IMG/VR virus record: IMGVR_UViG_3300044820_000025
Coordinates: 1-42,771 of that record
Source of the DNA: a virus
Taxonomy: Duplodnaviria > Caudoviricetes
DNA length: 42,771 nt
Direction: 5' to 3' (one strand)
Of the stretch, positions 14,480 to 22,673 are shown piece by piece. Every line of letters starts with the position of its first letter. Position 1 is the stretch's first letter. A model generated the notes under the pieces. The model was not told the origin of the DNA. It did not search any database and saw only the letters and a program-made list of their open reading frames with translations. The translations under genes and the position numbers were made by a program.

Positions 14480-15715
14480 TCATGCGACTTCCGCCGCATC
14501 CAAGATGGCTGTGCGGACGCGCCCGATCTCGCCGTAGTCACGATGGTAGGTGATCGCCTGGAGAGAGCGGCCCGACAGGAAGCCCGATCCGAAGTGCCAT
14601 GCGTCCTGCGGGATTGGCGCCTGATGTACCTCGCAGATCACGCCGTCGCCCTCTGTCGCAATCTTGGCGCTGTGGTGGAGGTGAAAGCCGTGAACATACC
14701 GGAATTTGGTTTCGCCCCAGTCCGGCGCCCGGCGATGGGCCATGATGCTCGGCATCTGAGCAATCTTGACTGTGTGGCCGTGCGTCGCGCCTAGAAGCAC
14801 GCTGCCGAACCGATGCCACCAGAACAACGACGGATCCACGTCAACCGCAATGCGCGGCTCGTTGCGGTACCAAGCCTTCAGGAAATAGGCGATGGCGACG
14901 GCGCTGTGCTCGTCGTGATTGCCGGGGAGGATGCGGAGCGTAACCTTGACGTGCCGTCGGAGGGCAGCGTCTGCCGTGCGGACCATCAGCTTAGTGGCCA
15001 CGTCGACCACTTTCTGGTAGCGGCCATCGACCTGTAAGGCGTTGCCTGACTTGGCGGTCTTGTTCTCGGAATTGTCGGCGTGAAGCAAATCGCCACCACC
15101 CAAGACAACGCACTCGGCAGAGCTGGGGGTGCGGGCTACCGTGTCCTCAACAGACGCGCCGATCGTGTCTTCCGCAATCCGAAGATCCCAGTCATGGCCG
15201 ACCTCCTTGTGCCAGGCGAACATCCCAATATGCCAGTCATTGCACGGGAGCAGCGTAAGCAGGTCGGCTGCAGGAGCGACTGGAGCCTTCGCTGGCTTCG
15301 CGGCGGGCTTGTAGCCGACCAATGCCGCCTTCATGGCCTCGATCGTGTCCAGAGGGTCGCGCTCACCCTCCTTGGTCTTGATCCACTTGACGACCTCTTG
15401 GCCGTCTGCGTTGACGAGGGCGGAGATGCCCTTAATGACGTGACCTTCGGGAATCGAGAAGGGGGCGCCGTGTTCGGGCTTTTGCTCGACCGAACGGCCG
15501 CCCGGGCCTTCATTGACACGGGTTACCCGAAAGCCCGGCATAGCCAGAGCATCAAGTAGCATCCCGCGCTCGGCGGCCACCTTCAACCGGCTGCGGTAGG
15601 TATTGTATGGAATGCCAAGCCTAAGGGCCGTTTCGTTGGTGGCCTTATTGCCGGCCGCTCGATATGCTGTAGCGGCTTCCTGTGCGAGATCGTCTGATAG
15701 AGGCTGCGCCGGCAT
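14480..15715 (-). CDS. Calcineurin-like metallophosphoesterase with an N-terminal HTH
   Basis: DWHIG, GGGDLLH, GNHD, HGH, HLHH motifs. Confidence 0.85.
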   Translation of the reverse strand: MPAQPLSDDLAQEAATAYRAAGNKATNETALRLGIPYNTYRSRLKVAAERGMLLDALAMPGFRVTRVNEGPGGRSVEQKPEHGAPFSIPEGHVIKGISALVNADGQEVVKWIKTKEGERDPLDTIEAMKAALVGYKPAAKPAKAPVAPAADLLTLLPCNDWHIGMFAWHKEVGHDWDLRIAEDTIGASVEDTVARTPSSAECVVLGGGDLLHADNSENKTAKSGNALQVDGRYQKVVDVATKLMVRTADAALRRHVKVTLRILPGNHDEHSAVAIAYFLKAWYRNEPRIAVDVDPSLFWWHRFGSVLLGATHGHTVKIAQMPSIMAHRRAPDWGETKFRYVHGFHLHHSAKIATEGDGVICEVHQAPIPQDAWHFGSGFLSGRSLQAITYHRDYGEIGRVRTAILDAAEVA

Positions 15716-15802
15716 TCAGACAGCCCAGCTATGAGTTGCGCAGAACAGCAGAAGGCCCGCCATTGCCGCAAGGGCAATAGCGTTAGGTAGATCAATGGTC
15801 AT
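15716..15802 (-). CDS. Tiny hydrophobic ORF (28 aa)
   Basis: MTIDLPNAIALAAMAGLLLFCATHSWAV; RBS AAGGGG; fills the gap exactly. Confidence 0.4.
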   Translation of the reverse strand: MTIDLPNAIALAAMAGLLLFCATHSWAV

Positions 15803-15811
15803 GAGTGCCCC

Positions 15812-16216
15812 TTAGTGCTTGTCGATCTTGGCGTTCAGGTCTCGGAAATCTGACTTGATGTCGGCGGCCATGTCCCTGATGGCCTTGCTCAAGCCGTCCG
15901 TGGCCTTTACGAAGTCGTCCTTCAGAACGAAGTTATCGCGGCTCCAGACCTCAATCTGGTGCATCTCCTTTTCGACTGTAGCGATGTACTGGCGCAGCGC
16001 AGCACCGACCTCGCCGTAATTATGGTCCTGCGTGCGCTGCTCTCTGACGAACTCTGCGCGGAGGATGGCAAACTGCCCCATCGTTTCCTCCCGCTCTTCA
16101 GAGATCTGCTTCGACAACTCGCCTTTGATCTTCGCGACGGCCCAGACTAGGCCGATAATTCCACCAACCGCATTGGCACCGAATGCACATGCAGCAATTG
16201 CTACCGCGCTATCCAT
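15812..16216 (-). CDS. Membrane-anchored coiled-coil protein (lysis module)
   Basis: N-terminal TM followed by a coiled coil. Confidence 0.7.
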   Translation of the reverse strand: MDSAVAIAACAFGANAVGGIIGLVWAVAKIKGELSKQISEEREETMGQFAILRAEFVREQRTQDHNYGEVGAALRQYIATVEKEMHQIEVWSRDNFVLKDDFVKATDGLSKAIRDMAADIKSDFRDLNAKIDKH

Positions 16217-16333
16217 CCTGCACAGTTTCTTTAATCTTTGAGTGCAGTGTGTTCCTAGCCTTCATGGGGAATTCAACCTTCCTTTGGGGTCAGATCCGGC
16301 GCCAAGGTGCCAGCCAAGGCGTCGGATCGCTGC

Positions 16334-16726
16334 TTACTTGCGTACTGCGGTTATGATGGTGGAGACGTTCTCAGCGCCGCGTTTAGCGAAGTAAAACGAC
16401 ATGATAAGGCCAGCCCAGATGGCCGACGCGCCGGTCACCTCGTCCGTAGTCCCGAGGCCAAGGCACTTATCCCACACCAGCACTTTCCCGTAGAAAATCA
16501 AGGTGATGTACATCGCCAGCTTTTCCGGCTCCCAGAAATGTCCAATCTGGGCAATCTTTAATTGAGTGATGGCCTGAGTTTCGGAAACCTGCGCAGCGAT
16601 CTCCTTGCCGGCGAGGTCGGAAGCAGTCTGCTTATCGGTCGTTGTGGCCTTCAGGTGGAGACTGTAGGCATCGATGAGGCCCTTGACGACAGGGCCGCCG
16701 ATGAAGCTCATGATGGTCAACCACAT
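16334..16726 (-). CDS. Putative holin-like membrane protein
   Basis: Two or three TM segments; ...IMSFYFAKR; downstream of the endolysin. Confidence 0.55.
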   Translation of the reverse strand: MWLTIMSFIGGPVVKGLIDAYSLHLKATTTDKQTASDLAGKEIAAQVSETQAITQLKIAQIGHFWEPEKLAMYITLIFYGKVLVWDKCLGLGTTDEVTGASAIWAGLIMSFYFAKRGAENVSTIITAVRK

Positions 16727-16728
16727 GG

Positions 16729-17217
16729 CTAGCCCGCCTTTGCCTGCTGTACAGCCGCGACCGCCTCATCCTTGAAGACCTCAGCCGCTAGCAACGCGTG
16801 CCGGGTTTCCTGGGTGAGATCCTTCTCTGCCACGGCAACAACCTCGATCGGCTTGGTAGTGCGCTTGCGGAGCCAGTTGATGAGATAGCCGATAGCCGTG
16901 ATGAACGCCGTCGTTGCAACGCCCCGCATGTCTGTTGGCACGCCCAAGAAGTCGAAGGCCCGCGTCGTCACGGGCGTCAGATCCAGGCCAGATGCGAAGA
17001 TTGCGATGCTGTCGTAGAACGTCACAAGGATGCCGCCAACCCACAGCAGGCGGCCGACAAGGATCGTCTCGGATTTCTTGAAAAGGGCGAGTTCGTAAGG
17101 TTCGATGGCCGCGAAGAACTTGGCGGTCCAGGGCTGGCGCTTCAACCACGATCGAACGACAGCATATAATATTGCCAGAACCGCAGTAATGGCAAGGGCG
17201 GATAGGACGTAAAACAC
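16729..17217 (-). CDS. Membrane protein of the lysis cassette (holin candidate)
   Basis: Three TM segments; WLRKRTTKP. Confidence 0.6.
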   Translation of the reverse strand: MFYVLSALAITAVLAILYAVVRSWLKRQPWTAKFFAAIEPYELALFKKSETILVGRLLWVGGILVTFYDSIAIFASGLDLTPVTTRAFDFLGVPTDMRGVATTAFITAIGYLINWLRKRTTKPIEVVAVAEKDLTQETRHALLAAEVFKDEAVAAVQQAKAG

Positions 17218-17219
17218 GG

Positions 17220-17900
17220 TTATGCCTTTCTGAAATAGCTGGAAATGATGGAGCCAACGGAAGCCCAGAAGCCGGGCTGGGCGGCGGGTGACGGCACGGG
17301 CTTGGTGACGGGGGGCACGGTGATGGGCCTATCCGTGGCGCCGATCTTGATGGACGAGTCGAGCGACTGCATGACGAACAAGAGGCCGGCACAGCCGAGC
17401 TGCTTGTCTACGGCGTTGGCGTCAAACACGCCGTCAGCCACGTACTTGCCCTTCACATATTGATCGGTACCGGACCAAACGTACGGCGACGGAATGCCTT
17501 TGTTTGCGTAGCCAAGACCGTTGTACTGCTCGAGCATCGTCAGCAGGCCGCCGACCGACCAATCTGTGTTGCGGCCGGCATAGGGTGAACACGCCACGAG
17601 CGCGTCGATCGCCGCCTCTTCCCACGACTTGAACGGCCCCCTGCCCGCCGGGACATGGACCGACTTGGCATTCCACGGGTCGCCCTGCGCCAGAGAGCGG
17701 TCCCAGCGCTGCGAGGACTCCCGCTCGTGCGTTACCGCAATGAAGAACCACGGCACGCCTGTGGCCTTCTCTACGGCCTGGTAGCGGGCCTTTGCCGCCA
17801 CAAGCCGCTTGGCTACGGGGTTAAATTCTGAGCTGCGGGTGAGCTTGGCATTAGCCCAACGCTTTTCATTCGCGGCCTTCAGGGCAACGAGGTTCGCCAT
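17220..17900 (-). CDS. Endolysin, lysozyme-family
   Basis: H.RES, LAQGDP, VP.GRGPF.SWEEAA, LE.YNGLGY, SPYVWSGT.QY..GKYVADG.FD. Confidence 0.85.
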   Translation of the reverse strand: MANLVALKAANEKRWANAKLTRSSEFNPVAKRLVAAKARYQAVEKATGVPWFFIAVTHERESSQRWDRSLAQGDPWNAKSVHVPAGRGPFKSWEEAAIDALVACSPYAGRNTDWSVGGLLTMLEQYNGLGYANKGIPSPYVWSGTDQYVKGKYVADGVFDANAVDKQLGCAGLLFVMQSLDSSIKIGATDRPITVPPVTKPVPSPAAQPGFWASVGSIISSYFRKA

Positions 17901-17924
17901 CGAACTCTCCGATGTTATGGAATC

Positions 17925-17950
17925 AAAAAACCGCCTCAGAGGGCGGTTTT
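17925..17950 (-). terminator. Rho-independent terminator inside the late operon
   Basis: AACCGCC-CTCTGA-GGCGGTTTTTT on the - strand. Confidence 0.75.
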
Positions 17951-18120
17951 GGCGGCTTTACGAAGGTCGTCTTGCGGGAGTAGGGTTAGCCGTTACACCG
18001 ACATGGGGGATGAAGGATGCGAAAGCTGTGGCGCTGGCTATGTCATCTTTTCGACCCGCCACAACCTCCCATGACGCCCGAGGAAGAAAAGCGGGAATGG
18101 GACGCTATGCAATGGTAGGC

Positions 18121-19032
18121 CTAGCCAGCCCAAGCGGGAATCGTGAGGTTCTGGCCGTTAATGTTGACCTTCAGCCAGTGTGTGGGGTCGCCGGCAACCG
18201 GTGCGTTCGTAAGTGTCGCGGTTTGAGATCCCGCTGCTGAGGTCTGGTTGCTAAACCAAAGCCCCCGATCGGTGCTTACTTCAGTTGCGGATGGTAGCTC
18301 GACACGATCGGCGCTGTTGACCTTTGCAATGGCGATGTCCCCGGTATTGGCGCTGTTCCGGGCGCCAATAGCCACAACATTGTTGCGGACCTTGACTGCA
18401 TAATCAGTGTGGTTCGCGCCAGACATATCGATGGGAGCTTTGCGGTAGCTGCCCTTCACCAGCGCAAAGCTATCGGCCGTCATATAGTCTTCGATGGTGG
18501 ACTGGCGAAATACGTTGCCATTGCCAGACCAGAAGACTACGCCCTTGTTGCAGGGGCCAGTGACGTTATACATTTCCATCGCTGACGCGCGGTAGGATGT
18601 GTTGCTGAAGGCGCTGTAATTCGTCGTCGCATAGGGCTGCTGGGGTGGCCCGTAAGCGTCGCCATAATGCGCATTTCCGACAGAAAGATCCGCCTCTACC
18701 GCAATCGCCTCGACGTTGGATGCGACGCCAGGGCGAAGTCCTACGACAGCATTGAGACCATAGCCATCAGAGCCGCCAGGCTTAACGTCAACGTAGCATA
18801 GGCGAGCCACCTTGAATACATATGGGTTGATACCGCTGCCGACGTTGTTAATCAGATGATCGATGCCGCAGCTCTCCGGCATGTCGGGCTGCTCAGTTAT
18901 GCAGTAATTCATCTGTGCAGTGTAGGACGGAGCGCCGAAAGGGCCGCTGAGCGCGGTAGACGCATAAAATCTCGGGTTACCCGAGATATTCATCGAGCCG
19001 CCGATAGTCGTCAAATCCGTAAAAACGGGCAT
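18121..19032 (-). CDS. Tail fibre / receptor-binding protein
   Basis: Beta-rich; C-terminal ATLTNAP.AG.PT.W.KVNING motif; position in the tail module. Confidence 0.6.
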   Translation of the reverse strand: MPVFTDLTTIGGSMNISGNPRFYASTALSGPFGAPSYTAQMNYCITEQPDMPESCGIDHLINNVGSGINPYVFKVARLCYVDVKPGGSDGYGLNAVVGLRPGVASNVEAIAVEADLSVGNAHYGDAYGPPQQPYATTNYSAFSNTSYRASAMEMYNVTGPCNKGVVFWSGNGNVFRQSTIEDYMTADSFALVKGSYRKAPIDMSGANHTDYAVKVRNNVVAIGARNSANTGDIAIAKVNSADRVELPSATEVSTDRGLWFSNQTSAAGSQTATLTNAPVAGDPTHWLKVNINGQNLTIPAWAG

Positions 19033-19041
19033 TTGTATTCC

Positions 19042-21066
19042 TTAGGTTGATTCGTAAGAGCCGGAAACAACAAGGGTGTACGTACTAACGGCTGGGTTTG
19101 TCCCGTCGTAGAACGTAACGACTACGGAGCCAGACCCAGCAGCAACGTCAGCCGCAAGAGTTTTGCCGACAGCCGTTGTTTCCTTCCCAGCGAAAGAAGT
19201 TGCGTTAAGGCTCGCAAATGGAAGGCTCAGAACGGGAATAACGGCGGTGCCAGCTGTGGTGATTGATAGCTTGATGGTGAAAAGAACCGTCTTCCCCAGG
19301 ACTTTGTACTTCCCCGAAGTCGTTGCAGAAGTGAACGAGCCAGTAATTGCTGACAGCGACGGCGTATATGATGTCCACGCCGTCTGATCTACCTGGATCA
19401 CGTTGACGTTGTTGCTCAAGCCCTGCCCGAGCGTAAAGGCACCCGTGTTGCCAGCAATAGAAGATACCGAGCCGGCAGAAGCGATCGAGGAAACGGTAGC
19501 GTATTTAGTCGCGTTTGATGCGGCGCTATCTGCGATCATGACAAGATCGCCAGCAGCAGGGCTAACCTTCTGTGTCAGGCTTGCCATCGTGAAATCGGTC
19601 ACGTTGGCTGTTGAGCCTGTAGGATTTCCCTTGAAGGTAAACGCGGCAGCCTGCGCTAGGTTGGCGTTAGTAATTCCGTTAGTAGTGCTCTGGAAAGCGT
19701 AGGTACCGGCACCGGTTCGAGTAAGGAAGCCGGTTGAAGCGAAGCCCGTAATATTGTCGAGCGAGGTGCCAGATGCCGTGGAGGCATTTGTGCCGCCGTT
19801 GGCGATTGGGAGAACACCTGTGACCCCCGTAGTAAGTGGCAGGCCAGTTAAATTAGTGGCCGTGCCAGATGCAGGAGTGCCTAGTGCGCCGCCGACAAAG
19901 TACGCAGCGCCAGTGCCAACCTCATCAGTCAATGCGGCCCTGAGGTTGGAGCTAGAGGGCGTAGCAAGGAAGGTGGCAACGCCTGTGGCAAGGCCGCTGA
20001 TGCCGGTAGAGACGGGAAGCCCGGTTAGGTTAGTGGCAACGCCGGATGCTGGCGTACCAAGTGCCGGGGCAACAAAAGTCTTGTTGCTGAGTGTCTGCGT
20101 TGCGGCAAGCGTTACTACGGTATCCGAAGTGCCTGGAAACGCAAAAGATGTTGCGTCGGTACCAGTAAACGCCAGCGTGTTGCTAATAGTCGCAGTCTTG
20201 CCTGCTCCAATTGTCAGGGCGCCCGTGCCAGCCGTCCACGTGTTCCCATTGAAGGTTGACGTAGTGATAGTCGCACCTGAGATAACCGGACTAGTCAGGG
20301 TCTTATTAGTCAAGGTATCGGTCGTCGCCTTGCCAACGAGGGTATCCGTAGCAGACGGAAGGGTGAGAACTCCGGATGCTGCGGACTGTGCCACAACCTT
20401 TGTGGAGCCAGACACCGAACCCGTTAGAGACAGCGACCCGGCATTGCCGCCGCCGGCTGTTCCGAACGTCCAGTCAGCGGCGGTGTTTGAAACCACGCCA
20501 CGAGACACGTTGCCGGTCAGGAACGTCAGCGTGTCGCCGGCCGATGTCGTGCCCAACACCATCGCGCCTGGAGCGGTATAAAGAACCCCAGTGGTGGTCC
20601 CAGAAGTGTAAGCAAGGATCGCCTGGGTGGCGTTATTAATAGAGATTGAACCATTACTGTTTAGCGCTGATACTGTCGCGCCGCTGGCGAGGACAACCGC
20701 GCCCGTCCCCGTCGTCGTCGCGAAGGCCCATGTATTTGTCCCGGTGCGCGTCAGAATGCCCGTGCCGGTCAACGCGGCGATAGCCTGCAGATCCGCATCA
20801 AGACCGCTGGTTAGAAGCGATGCCAGGCTGACGATCTTATATGTGCCGGCCGTCTGGTCCAGCACCGCCACCATGGCCGTGACGGGATCAACAGACGGAT
20901 AGGTATTGAGTTTCGTATAGTCGATATCGAAACTATATTCCGCGCCGGTGCGGGTGAGCGTAAGAAAGGTGTTGGCGATGATGTTGGCGGGAAATTTGGG
21001 CAGCGCCTTGAGCTTCAGGGATGGCTTGCGCTGAACCTTGACCTTGATGGCAGAAACCGTCGTCAT
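19042..21066 (-). CDS. Long tail fibre protein
   Basis: T/G/A/S-rich; repeats ALGTPASG.ATNLTGLP and TLTNKT; C-terminal W.SYTP...GKY..LGK.V domain. Confidence 0.8.
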   Translation of the reverse strand: MTTVSAIKVKVQRKPSLKLKALPKFPANIIANTFLTLTRTGAEYSFDIDYTKLNTYPSVDPVTAMVAVLDQTAGTYKIVSLASLLTSGLDADLQAIAALTGTGILTRTGTNTWAFATTTGTGAVVLASGATVSALNSNGSISINNATQAILAYTSGTTTGVLYTAPGAMVLGTTSAGDTLTFLTGNVSRGVVSNTAADWTFGTAGGGNAGSLSLTGSVSGSTKVVAQSAASGVLTLPSATDTLVGKATTDTLTNKTLTSPVISGATITTSTFNGNTWTAGTGALTIGAGKTATISNTLAFTGTDATSFAFPGTSDTVVTLAATQTLSNKTFVAPALGTPASGVATNLTGLPVSTGISGLATGVATFLATPSSSNLRAALTDEVGTGAAYFVGGALGTPASGTATNLTGLPLTTGVTGVLPIANGGTNASTASGTSLDNITGFASTGFLTRTGAGTYAFQSTTNGITNANLAQAAAFTFKGNPTGSTANVTDFTMASLTQKVSPAAGDLVMIADSAASNATKYATVSSIASAGSVSSIAGNTGAFTLGQGLSNNVNVIQVDQTAWTSYTPSLSAITGSFTSATTSGKYKVLGKTVLFTIKLSITTAGTAVIPVLSLPFASLNATSFAGKETTAVGKTLAADVAAGSGSVVVTFYDGTNPAVSTYTLVVSGSYEST

Positions 21067-21398
21067 ACCGAGACCACCCCATCATAGACCGAGAACGTTC
21101 CGACGAAGAGCTGATTGGTTTCGCCATTGATTTCGTAGACCGCGCCGATGCGATATGACCCCGCCGAGATCTGGGCGAGAGATTCCTTGCTGAAGGATAC
21201 TGTTAGGACGGTAGGCTCCAGCAAATCGATGCCATTCCCAATGGTCGCGAGCAGGCGCTGCGAACTGTCATCACGGACGGCAAGCGTCACGTCAGCCCCG
21301 GTGAAGTCGATATCCTCTCCGGTCTCAACATCAGTCGCGCTGATTTCGATTGTCCAGTCGGCGCTATTCGAGGCTTCAAAGCTGGTAAAATACGCCAT
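21063..21398 (-). CDS. Tail-associated Ig-like/adaptor protein
   Basis: IDFTGA...L..G.G...V.F motif; position between tail genes. Confidence 0.55.
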   Translation of the reverse strand: MAYFTSFEASNSADWTIEISATDVETGEDIDFTGADVTLAVRDDSSQRLLATIGNGIDLLEPTVLTVSFSKESLAQISAGSYRIGAVYEINGETNQLFVGTFSVYDGVVSV

Positions 21399-21400
21399 GC

Positions 21401-22606
21401 TCAGAGCCTGATATAGATGGTGAAGACAATGTTCGGAGAAAGCGTAGCGAACGTAGCGCCCGAACCACCAGAGTTGACAGACAACCCTGCGGTAGTGCCA
21501 GTCCCAGTAAAGGCATGCTGGTGGAATACGCTTTCAGTTCCGGTATTGATGGTTACCGTGTGCGCGTGATCACCGGTAGAGGATGTCTGGCCCTGGCTGG
21601 CATCAGCCGTGGACCCCTTGATGGTGTAGGTATTCGGGTCGCCAAAGTTGGTCTGGTACTGAGCGAAATTGGCGCCGCTCAGGTTTGGCGCTGTACCCGA
21701 CCCTTGATTATCGGCACTGAATGTCTGATGGCGGTGCGCCCCGGCAGTTGAAGTCGTTGCAGATCCGGTATGCACATGCAGAGCATTCTGGTTGCCAGTT
21801 GTCCCGCTGACTGAAACTGAAACGGCAGCGCCGGTCAGCACCCATGATGGAAGGTTAGCAAGCCCGATCGTGTAGGATTCGAGGCCACAAAGGCCACCGA
21901 GCACTGCAGCGTTAGAGCATGATGTATTTGTCAGGACGTTGCGCCGTCCCGCGCCCATGTCGTCCATGCCGGCAATGTTTCGACCAGCACCGTCTGGCAA
22001 TGTGAGTGCTTTGTTCGCCGCAAAATCAGCGGAGGCAGAGGCACCTTTGCCGCCAGCTACAGAGATATTCGATCGGGGCCATAGAAACTCATACAGCGGC
22101 TGCGTATCCGCATTGGCTCGCTCGGTCGCGCCAGACGAGGGGCTGCCGATCGTGCGGCCGTTCATACGGACAAAGCCGGACAAGGGCTGATCGTCGTATC
22201 GGATCTTGATGTCGCCGGTCTTGTAAACCGAGTCAGGGTCAACCGACGTGCCGGACCCGCCTGCAGTCGAGGACAGCACCGGCAGGCCGTCGTCGTCAAA
22301 TACCTGGACGCCCGTCGATGTCGTCAGGCGCTGCCGATAGAACCCGTCAGCCAGATAGATCAGCGGGAGACGGCCGGCTGCATCGGCCACGATGGGGTTA
22401 GGATGCGGCGCGGTAAGTGAGGAATCCTTGTAACCAGTGCGGGGGGTGCTCGTGCCGCCATTGAAAAGGTAGAGCTTCGCCCCTACCATTAGCTTCCCGT
22501 TGGCGTCGAACTGCTGATAGCGGGAAAGAGGGTAGAGACCCGCCGAATAGGCCGGCGAAAGCAACCCGACCGTTACAGCCAGGGTGAGGAAAAGGCGTTT
22601 GATCAT
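21401..22606 (-). CDS. Tail fibre with head-binding-like and collar domains and an N-terminal signal-peptide-like segment
   Basis: QFDANG...GAKLY...GTSTP...Y.D..LT..HPNPIV.DAAGR; TGDIK...GF..MNG.TIG; LPD..GR collar; H.H repeats. Confidence 0.8.
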   Translation of the reverse strand: MIKRLFLTLAVTVGLLSPAYSAGLYPLSRYQQFDANGKLMVGAKLYLFNGGTSTPRTGYKDSSLTAPHPNPIVADAAGRLPLIYLADGFYRQRLTTSTGVQVFDDDGLPVLSSTAGGSGTSVDPDSVYKTGDIKIRYDDQPLSGFVRMNGRTIGSPSSGATERANADTQPLYEFLWPRSNISVAGGKGASASADFAANKALTLPDGAGRNIAGMDDMGAGRRNVLTNTSCSNAAVLGGLCGLESYTIGLANLPSWVLTGAAVSVSVSGTTGNQNALHVHTGSATTSTAGAHRHQTFSADNQGSGTAPNLSGANFAQYQTNFGDPNTYTIKGSTADASQGQTSSTGDHAHTVTINTGTESVFHQHAFTGTGTTAGLSVNSGGSGATFATLSPNIVFTIYIRL

Positions 22607-22619
22607 CTGGGATTCCCAA

Positions 22620-22646
22620 AGAAAAAAGCCGCCCCTTCGGACGGCC
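22620..22646 (-). terminator. Rho-independent terminator inside the late operon
   Basis: GCCGTCC-GAAG-GGGCGGC-TTTTTT. Confidence 0.75.
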
Positions 22647-22673
22647 TTGATGGTCTATTGTGTGATGGTATGG

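Noticed and set aside
18121-22606. Diversity-generating retroelement or tail-fibre shufflon
   Set aside because: No reverse transcriptase, invertase or TR/VR pair seen; the repeats are ordinary fibre repeats
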